A DNA stretch of 64,000 nt from the NCBI GenBank assembly GCA_951406725.2, contig OX597822.1:100502001-100566000 (forward strand), given 5' to 3'. Position 1 is the first letter of the stretch; each line of letters starts with the position of its first letter. The notes below the pieces were generated by a model that was given only the letters and a program-made list of their open reading frames with translations, did not search any database and was not told the origin of the DNA. Positions 24,246-39,475 of the stretch are shown piece by piece. The stretch is from Octopus vulgaris. Its lineage: Eukaryota. Both the position numbers and the translations under genes were made by a program.

Positions 24246-25399
24246 TTCTAAAAGGTCATTTGTCGATATATTTGGATAAAGTAAAGCAATGAGCTTATTG
24301 CTGGTTAACATCCAGTTTAGGGTTTTAAAATCATGAAAGTAAATTGGCCGGAAGTGATGGCAATGAGATCTGTGTGACATAACTAATGTGTAGAACATAG
24401 GATATATTTTATATGAGATGAAAACAATCATATTTATGCTGGATATAGTTACGTTGGAACCTTGTATCTCAGCTGCTGTTTCTGAAACACAAGATATTAG
24501 TAGAAGGTACTATACAAAATCATAAAATTTCAGCTGTTCGCTTTATGAAATATTGGGATATCATTATCTTCACCTCTGGTCAATTTATGGCCATTTTTTA
24601 AACCACCAAACTGCATGTTAACCTTACAGCCGAAACAAGACAGCAAATAACGACAGACTTTAAACCAATCTAGTTGGATGCATTTCTCTTTTAAGTCGAT
24701 AATTATAAATACCAGTTTTTGCCTCATTCAACTACTTTTTTTTTTTTTTTAAGAAAAAGAAAAACTGATCGTGTGTTTAAGAGAAAAAAATCTTTAATCG
24801 GATATTGGATTTGGAAGTAGAAAGTGATGTAAATGTTGCTAGCCGCGTTTGTGACCCGAAATGAAGTTGTTAGCCTCAAATCGATGTATGTAATTCGATG
24901 TAATTTGGTTATTTCAAGAATCATAGAACTTGCTTCGTTAAATCTAAAATGCGTGGGCGTGATTTCCTTTATATAAATTACAGTATTAAAAAATTATCTC
25001 TAAGTAAATACATTTCCATCTCGAAACAATGATTGAGCTACAATCATCCATATTCAAACACTAATCGATTTAAGTTTAGAAAGTCGCTATTCAACTTTTA
25101 ATAGGATCAAAAATTAATGCTAGAAAATTATTAAAAGCGAAAAAGAAATATTCAATTTCCTTTTCGATGGTTTTTTTTTTTTTCTTTTTTTTTTTTCTTT
25201 TATTCTATTTAAAAAATCGCTGATATAAAGAAATAACTCGAAGAGAAAACTGAATAATTTTTAGAACTTCCGTCTCCGGTAAAGAGAAATAATAACAAGA
25301 TTAATTCTGGCGATCGAGATAAAAAGATGAATATTAAATAGCGCTATAAAGGGAAATAATTGAGAACTTGTCAAACGCCTGATGAGAAAAACCTGCTCT

Positions 25400-25450
25400 C
25401 TTTTCATTGGTTAAAAAAATCGGGCCATACCGAAGTGGGCGTGGCAAAGG
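25400..25450 (+). promoter_or_regulatory. Candidate promoter: CCAAT (reverse) + GC box
   Basis: ATTGG 25406-25410 and GGGCGTGGC ~25437-25445, immediately before a 1.3-kb TE-free pyrimidine-rich tract. Confidence 0.35.
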
Positions 25451-26495
25451 AAAAAGATTTTTATTAACCCAATTCTTCTTTATTCTTTATTCACTCCCAC
25501 CTTCGTCTTCACGTCTTGGTTTTTTTTATTCTTTACTCTTCAAACTCTCCCTCGCCTCTGTCTCTCCTTTTTTTTTACTTCTGACGTCTTTCTTACACAC
25601 AACTTTAAATAGCCTCGCTACATTAGTTTCTTTACAACTATATATATATATATATATTTTTTTTTCTTCAATATCTACAATATCTCTTTGTACGTACAAT
25701 TAAATGTGTGAATATTTTTTTTTGTACACATGGAAGTTCATCAAGCACGATTTCTCTGTCACGTCCAGCAACCATTTGAGACTTCATGACAAGCTTCATG
25801 AGAATTACATTACACACACACACACACACACTTCTACGGTTATCGTCTATTATATCCTCCTTCATCTCCTCTTTCTTTCTCTCTTTCTCATTTTCCTTTC
25901 ACACTCCGTCCTTTTCTCTCCTTTTCTCTCATCAACATTTTCTCCAATTTGAAACTCATTCTTTCTCTCTATCACTCAATTCTCCGTTCCGTCTTATCTT
26001 GTTTCTCTCTTACCGTCTCGTTTGCATTTTCTTCTTATTGTCTTAAATAACCTCCTCATTACTTTGCATTTCGAATAAGCCTCACTCATTCTCAACACCT
26101 TTAATATTTATATTTATATTTAACATTTAACCGATTTTTTTCTTTTTAAGCGGAATTTTTTTCTTTCCCTCCAATTACTAATATTCCATTTTTATTTTTA
26201 TTTTACGGATAAACAATCAACCCTTCCTCTACCCCTTTTGTTTTTTTCTTTCCCACTTACCTTTCTCCTGTCACACTTATTTGTCTCCTAATATTTTTCT
26301 CATAACACCTCACTCTAATTGTTCTCTCTTTCTCTCTCTCTCTCTCACTATTTTATTTCAATTTCATCCCTTTTCTCATTCTCTCTCTCTCTCTTTCTCT
26401 CACATTCATTATTTTTCTTATTTTTTTCTCATCAGTTCCTTTACTTCTTTTCTAATTTCTTAATGTCGCCCACTCCGACTCTTACTCTCCTTGTT

Positions 26496-26568
<73 letters not shown>

Positions 26569-27885
26569 ATATATATATATATATATATTTCACTCTATCA
26601 AGCTTTTGCTATCAAGCTTTTGCATTCATTAGTTCTCACCTTTTACTCTTACTACTTCTATTTTTTTCTCTCACTCTCTCTCTCTCTCTCTCTCTCTCAT
26701 CAATTAAGTCTATCAGTCTTTCTCCCTCACTTTCTTTCTTTTACTCTCTCTCTCTAATGATCTTCCCTTCTCTTCCTTGTTTGTAATCTTTTTCACGTAA
26801 GACATATAACTTCAACAATATGGTATCCTCACATATCCTTTCTATACATTTTGTCAAAAAAAACACACCGATCGATAATGACGTATATATAAATATGTAC
26901 GTATGTGTGTACATACATACATATATGCGTGTATGTGTATGTCTATACACACACACACATACACGCATATACGCATATATATACATATACGTATATGTGT
27001 GTTTGTGTGTGTGCTAAGCTTTATTGTTACGAATTCTCATCGCCGCCCTCCTTCTTGTTTACTCTTTACTCTTTTACTTGTTTCAGTCATTTGACTGCGG
27101 CCATGCTGGAGCACCGCCTTTAGTCGAGCAAATCGACCCCGGGACTTATTCTTTGTAAGCCCAGTACATACACACACACACTTAAGCAATCGATCAAATC
27201 GATTCCAGAACCAAGTTAGACTGGTACTTCAATCCTTTATATTATCGATCCCGGGAAAGATGAAAGACAAAGTTGATTTGGGCGGAATTTTAATCAAAAT
27301 GGAAAAGGTTGATAACTAAATATCACCGGACAGTTCTGTCCGACGCTCTACCAATCCATCGCCCTCAACACCATTATTATACATTATTGATTTCTCTTAT
27401 TTAGCCATAGGGCGCCCCCCCCCCCACTTATTTTTTACGTGTAAGTGGGTGCTGCTGCTGCTGCTGATGATGGTGGTGGTGAGAATATGACATTGTTATT
27501 ATGTCTGTGTCTTTCCTAATGGCATTAATGATGTAAGTTAAGGGAGCAAGTATCGACTCACAATGGAAAAAAAGCTGTGACATTTATACTTTTTCACCGT
27601 TAGCGACATCAGTGAGGTGAAATAATTTCACACATTTTCTTACTTTATTTGGAATGTCAAGTATGGGGGGAGAGAGAGATAGAGAGAGATTGGCTGACTT
27701 TGTGTGGGGGGGGTTGTTAAGTTAATTAATTAAGCTCGGCTTCGTTAAAAAAACAAGCGGTTTCAGGTTCAGTCCCACAACGAGGCACCCAATCTTCTGC
27801 AATAACCTTGATGTAACCCCGAGACGCCGGTCAATAAAACCCTGTGAGTGAACGCGGTGGAAAAAGAACTGTGCGGAAGCCCGTC

Positions 27886-27947
<62 letters not shown>

Positions 27948-27987
27948 AAATGGATAAATGAATTATCTTGTTACGATTATTCACTAA

Positions 27988-28039
<52 letters not shown>

Positions 28040-29265
28040 CACCAATTTGAATACATAGAATTCAAATTACTGTTTGTTAAGAGAAGTAAAAATTAGGTGG
28101 CCGAATGGTTTATGAGGTTCGCTTCACAGCCTCGAAGTTCCAGGTCCGATCTCACTGTTTCGCACCTTGGGCAAATGTCATTTCTTGTCTAGCTTTCAGG
28201 GTGACCTTGTTAGCGAAAATGTGTAGACGGGAAACTGCGTCTAATTCAAAAGTTAGCCTTGTCATACACACACAGTCTGTTTGAGAATTAATTACCTTAA
28301 AGGTACACTGTCTGTGGAATACTCAGCCATTTTGCACATTAATTCAGGAGCAGATAATCCAATTTGATCGAACGACGGAACCTTCATTGCCAGACGAAGA
28401 TGGCCTCTCTCAAGAGGTTGGAAGATTAATTCCCTCTCTGTACTGGAATACTAGTTTGTCTCATGTAGCTAGCTTTTCCTGACTTGTTGGGACACGACAC
28501 CTCGTTATGAAACCATAATATACTATGAAGTATATTAAATGTGTACTACTGTGTACTACTGTGTTAGCAGTGCTCTTAAATCACGCCAAAATTTGAACTC
28601 GTATTTATGACGTATATATTTCTCTCTGTGCCTCTGCCTGTCTCTCCCCCCCTCTCTCTCTCTCTCTCTGCCCTTCCCTCTCCATACGAGGGTCTCGTCT
28701 CGTCTCATCTCGGCCGATCGGTAGCACAACCAGGTCAGGGATTTCTGGAAGTTGTCCTGATTTTGGCTTACGGAGTTCTAGTATTTATAACTAGACAAAA
28801 CTGGTTAGAAAAATAGGTATATTGCAGAGAACAATAGATTTGGGGTCGTTGGGGGGTCGACCTGTTATCTCGAATCTAACTTTTCATGGCCTAGAAGAGG
28901 TTAGAAGGGTCAAGTGGCAAAGTCATAAACCGGCTTGGCAAAGCTATATGTTAGATGTAACTGCTGCCACTAGTGTTTGTCTGTGAGAAAAATGCTGCTG
29001 AAATATTACGGGACATTTGCTGATTCAAATTCAAGTTCGAATCTACCCTATGCCTAAATGAAGTCACTACAAAAGAATTATTGTTTTCAATTCAAGAATT
29101 TTTAAAATCAGTTATACCTTATAACTTCATAATTTTTAGAAATTTACATGATAGAGGTCGATAAGTTATCAACGATACCATGAAGAGGGTCATTAATATC
29201 AGAAATTAGCCGACTCCTTCTTTTAACTTCTGTGCTACAGCGTCTGTTAAAAAGGATGGAATATA

Positions 29266-29683
29266 AAGGGCGGCGAGCTGGCAGAATCGGTAGCACGCCG
29301 GGCGAAATGCTTAGCGGTATTTCGTCTGCCGCTACGCTCTGAGTTCAAATTCCACCGAGGTCAACTTTGCCTTTCATCCTTTCGGGGTCGATAAATTAAG
29401 TATCAGTTACGCACTGGGGTCGATATAATCGACTTAATACCTATGTCTGTCCTTGTTTGTCCCCTCTGTGTTTAGCCCCTTGTGGGCAATAAAGAAATAG
29501 GTATTTCGTCTGCTGCTACGTTCTGAGTTCAAATTCCGCCGAGGCCGACTTTGCCTTTCATCCTTTCGGGGTCGATTAAATAAGTATCAGTTACGCACTG
29601 GGGTCGATGTAATCGACTCAATCCGTTTGTCTGTCCTTGTTTGTCCCCCTCTGTGTGTAGCCCCTTGTGGACAGTAAAGAAAT
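29266..29683 (+). mobile_element. Dimer of SINE family A under one TSD
   Basis: Junction aaagaaatag|gtatttcgtc at 29500; TSD agg[a/c]tggaatata at 29253-29265 and 29684-29696. Confidence 0.9.
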
Positions 29684-29795
29684 AGGCTGGAATATACATG
29701 AATAAACAAATTTACATATGAATAGGTAGTTTACAGTAGTTTAGTATAGGCATAGCTATAGCCAACACCAGACTAATAAAATTAGCGCGGATATA

Positions 29796-30201
29796 CTCTT
29801 TACTCTTTTACTCTTTTACTTGTTTCAGTCATTTGACTGCGGCCATGCTGGAGCACCGCCTTTAGTCGAGCAACTCGACCCCGGGACTTATTCTTTTTGT
29901 AAGCCCAGTACTTATTCTATCGGTCTCTTTTGCCGAACCGCTAAGTGACGGGGACGTAAACACACCAGCATCGGTTGTCAAGCAATGCTAGGGAGACAAA
30001 CACAGACACACAAACAAACACATACACATACATATATATGACGGGCTTCTTTCAGTTTCCGTCTACCAAATCCACTCACAAGGCTTTGGTCGGCCCGGGG
30101 CTATAGCAGAAGACACTTGCCCAAGATGCCACGCAGTGGGACTGAACCCGGAACCATGAGGTTGGTTAGCAAGCTACTTACCACACAGCCACTCCTGCGC
30201 C
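29796..30201 (-). mobile_element. Full-length SINE family B
   Basis: tRNA-like head ggcgcaggagtggctgtgtggtaag...ggttcagtccc, internal microsatellite, tail (gagtaaaa)n. Confidence 0.92.
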
Positions 30202-30592
30202 TCCTATACCTAAATATATAACAAAACACCTGCAGATATATGTACGCCAAAGTAACGAGCCGTTGGTAGTTCTATATATTTACTTTTGTTACTTCGTTTC
30301 CACAAATCAATGTCATAACAGTACACTAGAAGGTAGCTGGCATTCCACGGCAAACATTTTTGAGTTTAATGTCTGAGGTCAGCTCTATTCTGCGAGAAGG
30401 GTGGTTGTCTGTTTTATGGCCGTCTATTTCATGGTCGTGTTTCCACGCGCTTACGTTGCTAATTTTTTATGTATGAGTGTTGACGCTACGAATTTGAAGC
30501 CTTTCTTACAAACACACACACACACAGAGATGTATATATTCATATACATATAACTATATAATATATATGAATATAGGCGTATCTGTGTGTGC

Positions 30593-30637
<45 letters not shown>

Positions 30638-30670
30638 ATATATACTTTATTTAAAGCAGCAGAAAATTCA

Positions 30671-30721
30671 ACAAAATCTGTTACTCTGAGTTTCTCGTTG
30701 CCGTTCATCAGACAGTTTTTG

Positions 30722-30722
<1 letters not shown>
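30671..30722 (-). ncRNA. Minimal type-I hammerhead ribozyme motif in a short (TA)n-flanked Penelope-like fragment
   Basis: CUGU CUGAUGA ACG-GCAA-CGA GAA ACUC-A-GAGU A ACAG; stem I extendable; closing pair of stem II is mismatched. Confidence 0.65.
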
Positions 30723-30779
<57 letters not shown>

Positions 30780-31442
30780 TTAGAATGAATTACATAATCA
30801 TGTATATTACATAATGTATGTATGCATGAATCAATGAATGTAGATATATGTGTTTTTGTATAATATATATATATATATACATGTATATGGCTAGATGAAT
30901 GTGTGTGTGCGCGCGCGTGTGTGTGTGTGTGTGTATTCAAATAGGTACAAAGACTGTCAAGTAGCTAGATAAGTTTGTTAGATAAATAGGCAAGTACGAA
31001 GGGGAGTAGGCAACAAAGTGGAGAAAAAAGGTGGATAGGTATGTCGGGTTGGGTTAGGGAAGGCCTTGGTAGCTGGGTGCAGAATGTATACTGTCTGTAC
31101 ACGACAGCGACTTCCTTATATCGTCCCTAAGGTTCATAGAACGACGTCTCAATAAAATGCATGTTTACGCATGCATGTATAAATCTTGTTTTACATGTAT
31201 GCATATGTAGTCATACAGATACCACAATGCAATATTACATGTACGTGCATATATACATGCATGTAAGCACTGGCTATCTGGATATGTGCATATATAAAAC
31301 GCACACACATACATAAATATATGTGTTTGTTCATATATATATGTATGTATGTATATATGTACACGCATAAAGTGTCATCATACACATCCATTACATTATT
31401 GCAAGTTTAGCCCACTTATAAATCTATTTAGCCCACTTATAA

Positions 31443-31704
<262 letters not shown>

Positions 31705-32457
31705 ATATATATATATATATATGCACAGTCTAAGTAATTCACAATTCCAAAAGTCCCTTAGAGCGGTCATCACTTGGGTCTTCTCATTTTGTCAGTGACC
31801 AGCTTGAATTTTGCCAAAAATATATATATATATACATATTCCAAATAAATCATACATACATACACTCATGCATAAATGCATACAAGTATACATACATGCA
31901 ATCAAACATACACGCATAGAAGTATGCACAGAGGCATGCATACATACATGGATACATATATATATATATATATTTATACGCATCAATTTATACAAACATA
32001 CATACATGCATGCAGACATACACATATATATATACATACGTGTATACATGCATGCACACATACAGCAATTTACATACACAGATATAACAATAACAGAAAA
32101 ACAAAACAAAGACGATGTCTGACGTAGGAACAAGAGAAGCTTTGTGTATAAATGAATGTCTTTACAAACAGGTATTACGTAAGAGCGTCGGTGGGAAACA
32201 TCCGGTATTGAAAGGGAGCTGACGAAAGAAAAATATTTAGCAAGAAATTTATTTGAAATAAGTCAACAATCGACTGAGAATAAGGAGACCAATCAATGAC
32301 GGTCAAAGAGGTTTCTTTTGGAAGAAGAATATAAATTCATTCCGGAGAAAAATTTGGAATGAAAACAAAGGGAGTTTAACAAGGGTGCAATGTGATGATG
32401 AAATATCCAAAAGAAATAGTGTCCTTGCGTGCAAATAGCATAGTAGCCCTGGTTTAT

Positions 32458-32480
32458 TGATGTTACCAATGGTAACATCA
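32458..32480. promoter_or_regulatory. Perfect palindrome containing an RFX X-box-like motif
   Basis: tgatGTTACC aat GGTAACatca. Confidence 0.45.
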
Positions 32481-32709
32481 CTGAGACTGTGACAGGAAAA
32501 ATTTAAGATAGGAAAATATGAGAAAGAAACTTTATTGTTGGCTACTGGAATCTAACAAAAAGGCCCAACAAGCTTTCGATGGGCTATGAGGAGGCGTGGG
32601 GTATGTAGAATGGGTGAACCGCACACAGTGACCCACTTTATATAGGTGAGTTTCTTTTAGTCAAAGGTATGTTAGGATTAGGGTTAAACGAGGCCAATAT
32701 GTCTCCCGT

Positions 32710-32950
32710 GGAGGCGCGTGGCTTAATGGTTAAGGTGTTGTATTCATGATCGTAAGGTTGTGGTTTCGATTCCTGGAACGGGCGATGCGTTATGTTCTTG
32801 AGCAAAACACTTCATTTTACGTTGCTCCACTCCTCTCAGCCGGCAAAAATGAGCAATCCTGCGACGGATTGGTGTCCCATCCAGGTGGGAAATTTCTACG
32901 CCACTGAAACCGGGATACCGGCCCTTACGAGCCTGGCAATGCTCGAGAAG
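32710..32950 (+). mobile_element. tRNA-derived SINE related to family C with CORE-like and V-like segments
   Basis: ggaggcgcgtggcttaatgg...ggtttcgattcc; cttgagcaaaacacttc; cctgcgacggattggtgtcccatccagg. Confidence 0.8.
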
Positions 32951-33270
32951 GAATATATTTTTATATAATAAGTCTCCCGTTCAGGGCGGTGAAAAGCTAC
33001 TCTATACCCATTGTCAATGGGGATGATAAATATACAAAGTTGGTATATCTTAGATTGGTTGGGTTTTACAGTAGTTAGGCCCCTCTTATTTCTTTTCTGA
33101 ACTTCAAACACATCTGTAGGGAGCTTTTGAACAAAGATTTTCAAATCTCTAAATTAGACCTATGAAGCCATAATGCATATGTTGTCACAAAACTTCGAAG
33201 TTTCAGTAACACAGATAACAAGAGGAGAGTATCTTGGGCCTACAGCGGACATGATAGCACTCAAGTTCAA

Positions 33271-33323
<53 letters not shown>

Positions 33324-33405
33324 ACAGCAGCAGTGGTAGTGGTGGTGGTGGTGGTGCTGGTAGTGGTGGTAGTGGTGGTAGTAGCAGCAGCAGCAGCAGC
33401 AGTAA

Positions 33406-33448
<43 letters not shown>
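33271..33448. repeat. Compound (TAG)n/(TGG)n/(CAG)n microsatellite
   Basis: Direct inspection. Confidence 0.95.
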
Positions 33449-33449
<1 letters not shown>

Positions 33450-33851
33450 AATTTTTTTTTGTTTTATTTATTAGTTTATTTTTGTTCCCGTTTTGCACTG
33501 CATTTAATATTTTACTTAGGTAGATGCGAGAGAATGGGAAGTTTCAATGCAATTGGGAATCGGATTACGGAGAAGAAGAAAGAAAGTGAAGATTGTTTTT
33601 TTCTGTATTATCTCTGATGTCTGGTATTGACGTCAAAAGGTCTTGAAGTAGGAAAAGACGCGCGCGCGCGAACAAACACATCGTTGAAATACATATATGT
33701 AATACGTACATACATACTTACACACGCACACTATACATATGCGCATATGAATATATATATATATATGCATTTTTCTATACATATATATATGCACACATAT
33801 GCATATGAATGTGCACACATATGCATATATATATATATATATGTGCACACA

Positions 33852-33891
<40 letters not shown>

Positions 33892-34210
33892 CACACATAT
33901 GCATATATATGTGCATATATATGCATATATATATATATATATGCAGGTATATATGTATACACACACACACACACATATATATATGCATATGTACATGCAT
34001 ATATATATGCATATATATATACAGACACATACATACATATATATCTATAGATATATGTATATATATACATAGATATACATATATTTATGCGTATATTCAC
34101 GCACAAACACACACACACATATACACTTATATATATTTACTATAAATATATACGTGTGTGTATGTATATGCAAGCATAGACATGCTTAGAAACGTTGCCT
34201 CTAATCCTAT

Positions 34211-34257
<47 letters not shown>

Positions 34258-34469
34258 CATACATGCATGCATACATACATCCATAAGCAACCATGCACTA
34301 ACAAATACCCATATCTTGAAAAAAATCAAACCAAGAATACATAAATTCATACACTTATAATGATATGAATGCAAATATGTGTATAGTTTCAACAACGTTT
34401 GTATATAAATAAGACATACGTGCATATTTATATACCCACCTGCCTACCTACCTACCTACTTACATATAA

Positions 34470-34518
<49 letters not shown>

Positions 34519-34549
34519 CATGTGTATGTATGACTGTGTACACGTATGT

Positions 34550-34599
<50 letters not shown>

Positions 34600-35170
34600 T
34601 ATTGAATGCGTCACAATATTTGTCTATGTATACAATAAGTAAGCATTTACGCAAATTCAAACACACACACACACACACACGCACACGCACACACACACGC
34701 ACACGCACACACAGAGGCAGATGCTCACATCGAATGCATGGTCTTCTATTCAAAGAACAGAAGATACAAAAGATATTGAAGGAGATCCGTCTTCATGCTG
34801 CCTTTTTTTCTTGTAGACATTTCTATAGTGAATCTTCTCATATTCGTCAAAATACGTTTGCAGTATAATTGCAAGGCGAAAAGAACACTCAAGTACCACA
34901 CTCCGGTACTTTATAGAATTGCATGTGCTGATTTAGCACTTCAAAGCATGTCATGGTGTTTTGGATTTAGCGATCCTGGAAGACATTCACCTCAGAGAAC
35001 GAACAAGTAAATGATTCGTTTTGTGATGCATTCTTGGACTCTCTGTCTGTCTGTCTGTCTCTTCTTGTTGATCTTGTTGTTGTTGTTGTTCTTCTTCTCC
35101 TTCTCCTCCTCCTCCTCCTTCACCTCCTCCCCTCTTCTTCCTACGTTACGTATGTATGTATGTATGTATG

Positions 35171-35238
<68 letters not shown>

Positions 35239-36614
35239 ACATAGACATGGTCAAATATATTAGAAAAGGTGCAAACCCATGGTCAGTTATTGATCTTTAT
35301 CTTTATCATGTTGTTGCTGTTATTTGATAGAGGATTCTCTTGTGGAAATACTGCTTCATTTTTTTTCTTCTGATTTTAGTCAGGCAGATAGGTAGTGTCT
35401 ATAACACTTTTCAAAGCCTCCGTGAGCAGGCACACAATACCAGGTTGTGCTGTCAAACTGAGTGACGGATTCAGTTTACTACCCAAGTAGTGGGTCATTC
35501 AGTTGAAATACAGTAGCATTGTTTCAATAAATTTTGAAAATTATGAAGAATTTAAAAAGATGTTTTGACAATATTTAAGCTGGTGTTTGGAGCATAAATT
35601 AACATGAAATTTTGATGAAACCTTTTAATTTAGATCATTTAAAACTTGAAATGTGTATCCGAGAGCCTCGGTGCTGTCTCAGGTGGGTTCGTATCAAAGG
35701 CATTAATGAAACGATAGAATGGTTTCGTATCCATAACTTTTTCTTCACTTTGATGCAGGACAAGTTTAAAAGCTAGGAAGCCATCTTAATTTTATCAAAC
35801 ACAGTAAACAATCCACTCCATTTTCAATCTCCGAAAATCGACCCTAAGAGAAAATTGCACTATACTGGCCATAATTTTAGATTCTTAATCGCAGCTAATA
35901 CAATAAATGAACGGTTCAATCATTTAAGAGAAGGGTTTTCTAGTGATAAGATCTAGTTTTGTCAGTCGAAAGTGTTATTGACTCTATCATGCGCATCTGT
36001 TTGGATTAGAATCACAACCACTTACTAACACCATTGCCATCTTGACGATAAAGCTGTGATCTGAATCTAGTTTCACCTCCATTTAATCAAATTATATCTA
36101 TTTTAACCTGTCTATATTTTAGTGAGCAGCGGCGAATCACTGCCTATTTTCAGCTGACCGACTTTTTTGTCTTCATTTCTCTTTCCCGATTCTGCTGCTA
36201 TTTACATCATGTGTCACAATGCTGATGTTAAAAACACCGGATATCTATTTAGGTGAGAAAGAGCAACATCACATACACACACACACACACACACAGAAAG
36301 AGAGAGAGGCAGCGAAAACGGTGGGGATGGAATTATAAAATCTATTTGACCAGGAAGATCAGCATAGTTATTTTTTACATGACCGGTTTTTTTCGGGGTG
36401 TGTGTATGTATGTATGTATGTATTATGTATGTATGTATGTATGTATGTATGTATGTATGTATGTATGTATGTATGTACACGCGCGCATATACACGGATGG
36501 ATATATATACATTTATACACACATACACACATATGTATATGCATATGTAATATATATGTATATGTAGATGAGTATGTACATATAGTAGATATAAACATAT
36601 ATATGTATATGTGT

Positions 36615-36656
<42 letters not shown>

Positions 36657-36759
36657 GTGTGTGTGTATGTGTGTATCCATGTACACACACATACATACAT
36701 ACATACATGCATACATACATACATACATACGTATGTATGTATGTATGTATGTATGTATG

Positions 36760-36826
<67 letters not shown>

Positions 36827-37219
36827 TTATCCATTCATACATACCATGTGCAACACATACCTCTAAAGTTTACCTGAGAGAACAATCAAAACAAAATAAC
36901 AAAACAGTTAAGAGGAATAATTCGTCCATTGTTCCAGACAAGCTAAAAGTGACAGAGTGTTACATTGTTAATGGCGTAATTTCACATACGTATATCATCG
37001 ATACAGATTTTTGCAAGTTCAACTGCAAAAGCAAACTCGGTTTTATTTGTCTTGTATGAACTTATTAGTTATTTACCTGAAATTTTGTACGATTCGCCCA
37101 TGTTCGTACCACGGCGACCAATCCATTGCCTTCTTGTGATGTGAACGTGATAAACAAGAAACTTGCTACGTTGCTTTTCTTTGCTTCGGTGTTATCTGAA
37201 TATACTAGTAGTAGTAGTA

Positions 37220-37313
<94 letters not shown>

Positions 37314-38209
37314 TGATGATTAATTCTGGTTTATTGGCCACAAGAGCTAACATAAATCAAAACACATGTAGGGACAAACACAGGACGAAAAGTACAAAGG
37401 GTTTTGTGAAAAAGCAAGGTCCGTGTAAACATAAACCCTTCTACTATAGGCACAGGGCCTGAAATTTTTGGAGATGGGGGTTAGTTGACTACGTGAACCC
37501 TAGTACTCAACTGGTATTTATTTCATCGACCCCGAAAGAAAGCAAGGCGAAGTCAACCTTGGCGTTATTGTGCCGTTAATTTGAGCAGTTGATTTAGCTG
37601 TTATCATGTTGTTCTAAGTTCGATCCCACTGCACAGTATCTTGAGCAAATGTTTTCTGGCTATAAGATTGAGTTCACTAATGACTAGTTTCAAGTGGATT
37701 TTGAAAAAGTCGATGAGGGCTCCGCCTGAAGAGGAAATTGTCTGTCATCAGTCCTTTCAGCCTCGTCCACAACATTACCTCTTTCGTTATAGCCACTAGG
37801 CAGTGGAAAACTTCCTTTTCCTCCCGGCCAAAAGAAGGCGGCGGGGCGATCCTCATAATGGATTCGGCTGATAACCGAATCCGTCCTACACGTGACAACA
37901 GCTGTTCGAGAAAGCTCTACATGTTAGTAATGCATAATGATAGATATTCAAACTTTCTTTATCGGTGCATCTCCACCTGTCGTAGCGATAGTTTTTCATT
38001 TTTCTTATCTGTTGTGTTGCTAGGGGACTGAAGCAGGAATGTTTGCTAACATACCCTGATCACAACACAAACTCACCGTTTATCAGTAACCAAGTTATGG
38101 TATTATTTACTCGGGCATTATCACTATTGATTTTGATTTTTATAAGCCAACGAGGATACCTCTGCGTGATAACACGACCCGCTATAAAAAAAAAAACCCA
38201 TATCTCTCC

Positions 38210-38253
<44 letters not shown>

Positions 38254-38599
38254 ATCTCTTCCCACTCTTCCCCCTCTCTCTCTCATCACTTTATCTTGTT
38301 CCACCGGCTCCAAAAGTAGGAAAAGGATGATACACTAGATTATTAATTAAGTCTTAAATACACGAAAGCTTGAAGAAAAAGACAGATAATCACAGCTTTC
38401 GTTATTGGTCTAGTCGATTATGGCTGGCTTGTTGCTAAACAAGAACAACATCAGTATTGATTTTGTTTGCTTGACATGATGTTAGCTTTGTAAAAGGAGC
38501 ATGTAGTCAATTGATTCTACCTGACTATATTACTGGTATTGTCGTATCGATCACAGAGGGCAAAATTAGGTTCCGTTGGATTTCGAACACAGGCTTCTG

Positions 38600-38763
38600 G
38601 GATCTTTTCACTTTGACCGGCAGATTTTTAAAATAATTTCTTTGTAACTAAACACTTTTAAACTTCGTATACTGGTAGTGTGTTACATAAAACATCTTTT
38701 TCTCTTGGCTTTCTTGAGAAAATTCTGTGGTTTGTAAGCTATTTGTTGTTTAATTTCTCGCAA
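38600..38763. mobile_element. Partial copy of the 19975-20381 MITE, truncated by a SINE (38765-38899, minus)
   Basis: Left TIR and first ~160 bp colinear with 19975-20140. Confidence 0.8.
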
Positions 38764-38933
38764 CTCATTTCCACACCTGAGTGAACTGGAGCAACATGAA
38801 ATAAAGTGTCTTGCTCAAGAACACAACACGCAGCCCGGGATTCAAACTCACAACCTCACGATCGTAAGCTCGACGCTCTAACCACTGAGCCATGCGCCTT
38901 CACATATATGTATATATATATATATATATACAA

Positions 38934-38993
<60 letters not shown>

Positions 38994-39110
38994 GTGTTAT
39001 ATATATATATATATATTCATATATATGGCATATATATTCAACAAACAAGTTCAGGATTACTTCAATGACAAGTGTTATAGTTCTGACAACAATATATATA
39101 TAGTTCTGAA

Positions 39111-39146
<36 letters not shown>

Positions 39147-39277
39147 TGTTCGACTGGCACACAATGTCGACAATAATATATACACGCCGTTCATGACTCA
39201 GGTCTGACCCACCTTGTCATGTCATTGGATACGCTTGTTATTCATTTATATATATTTATTTATACACACACACACAC

Positions 39278-39475
<198 letters not shown>

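Noticed and set aside
33628-33635. Isolated CRE palindrome TGACGTCA
   Set aside because: A single 8-mer without supporting motifs is expected by chance.
34715-35010. Complex-looking unique segment with short ORFs on both strands
   Set aside because: No convincing splice sites or recognisable motif; frames close early.
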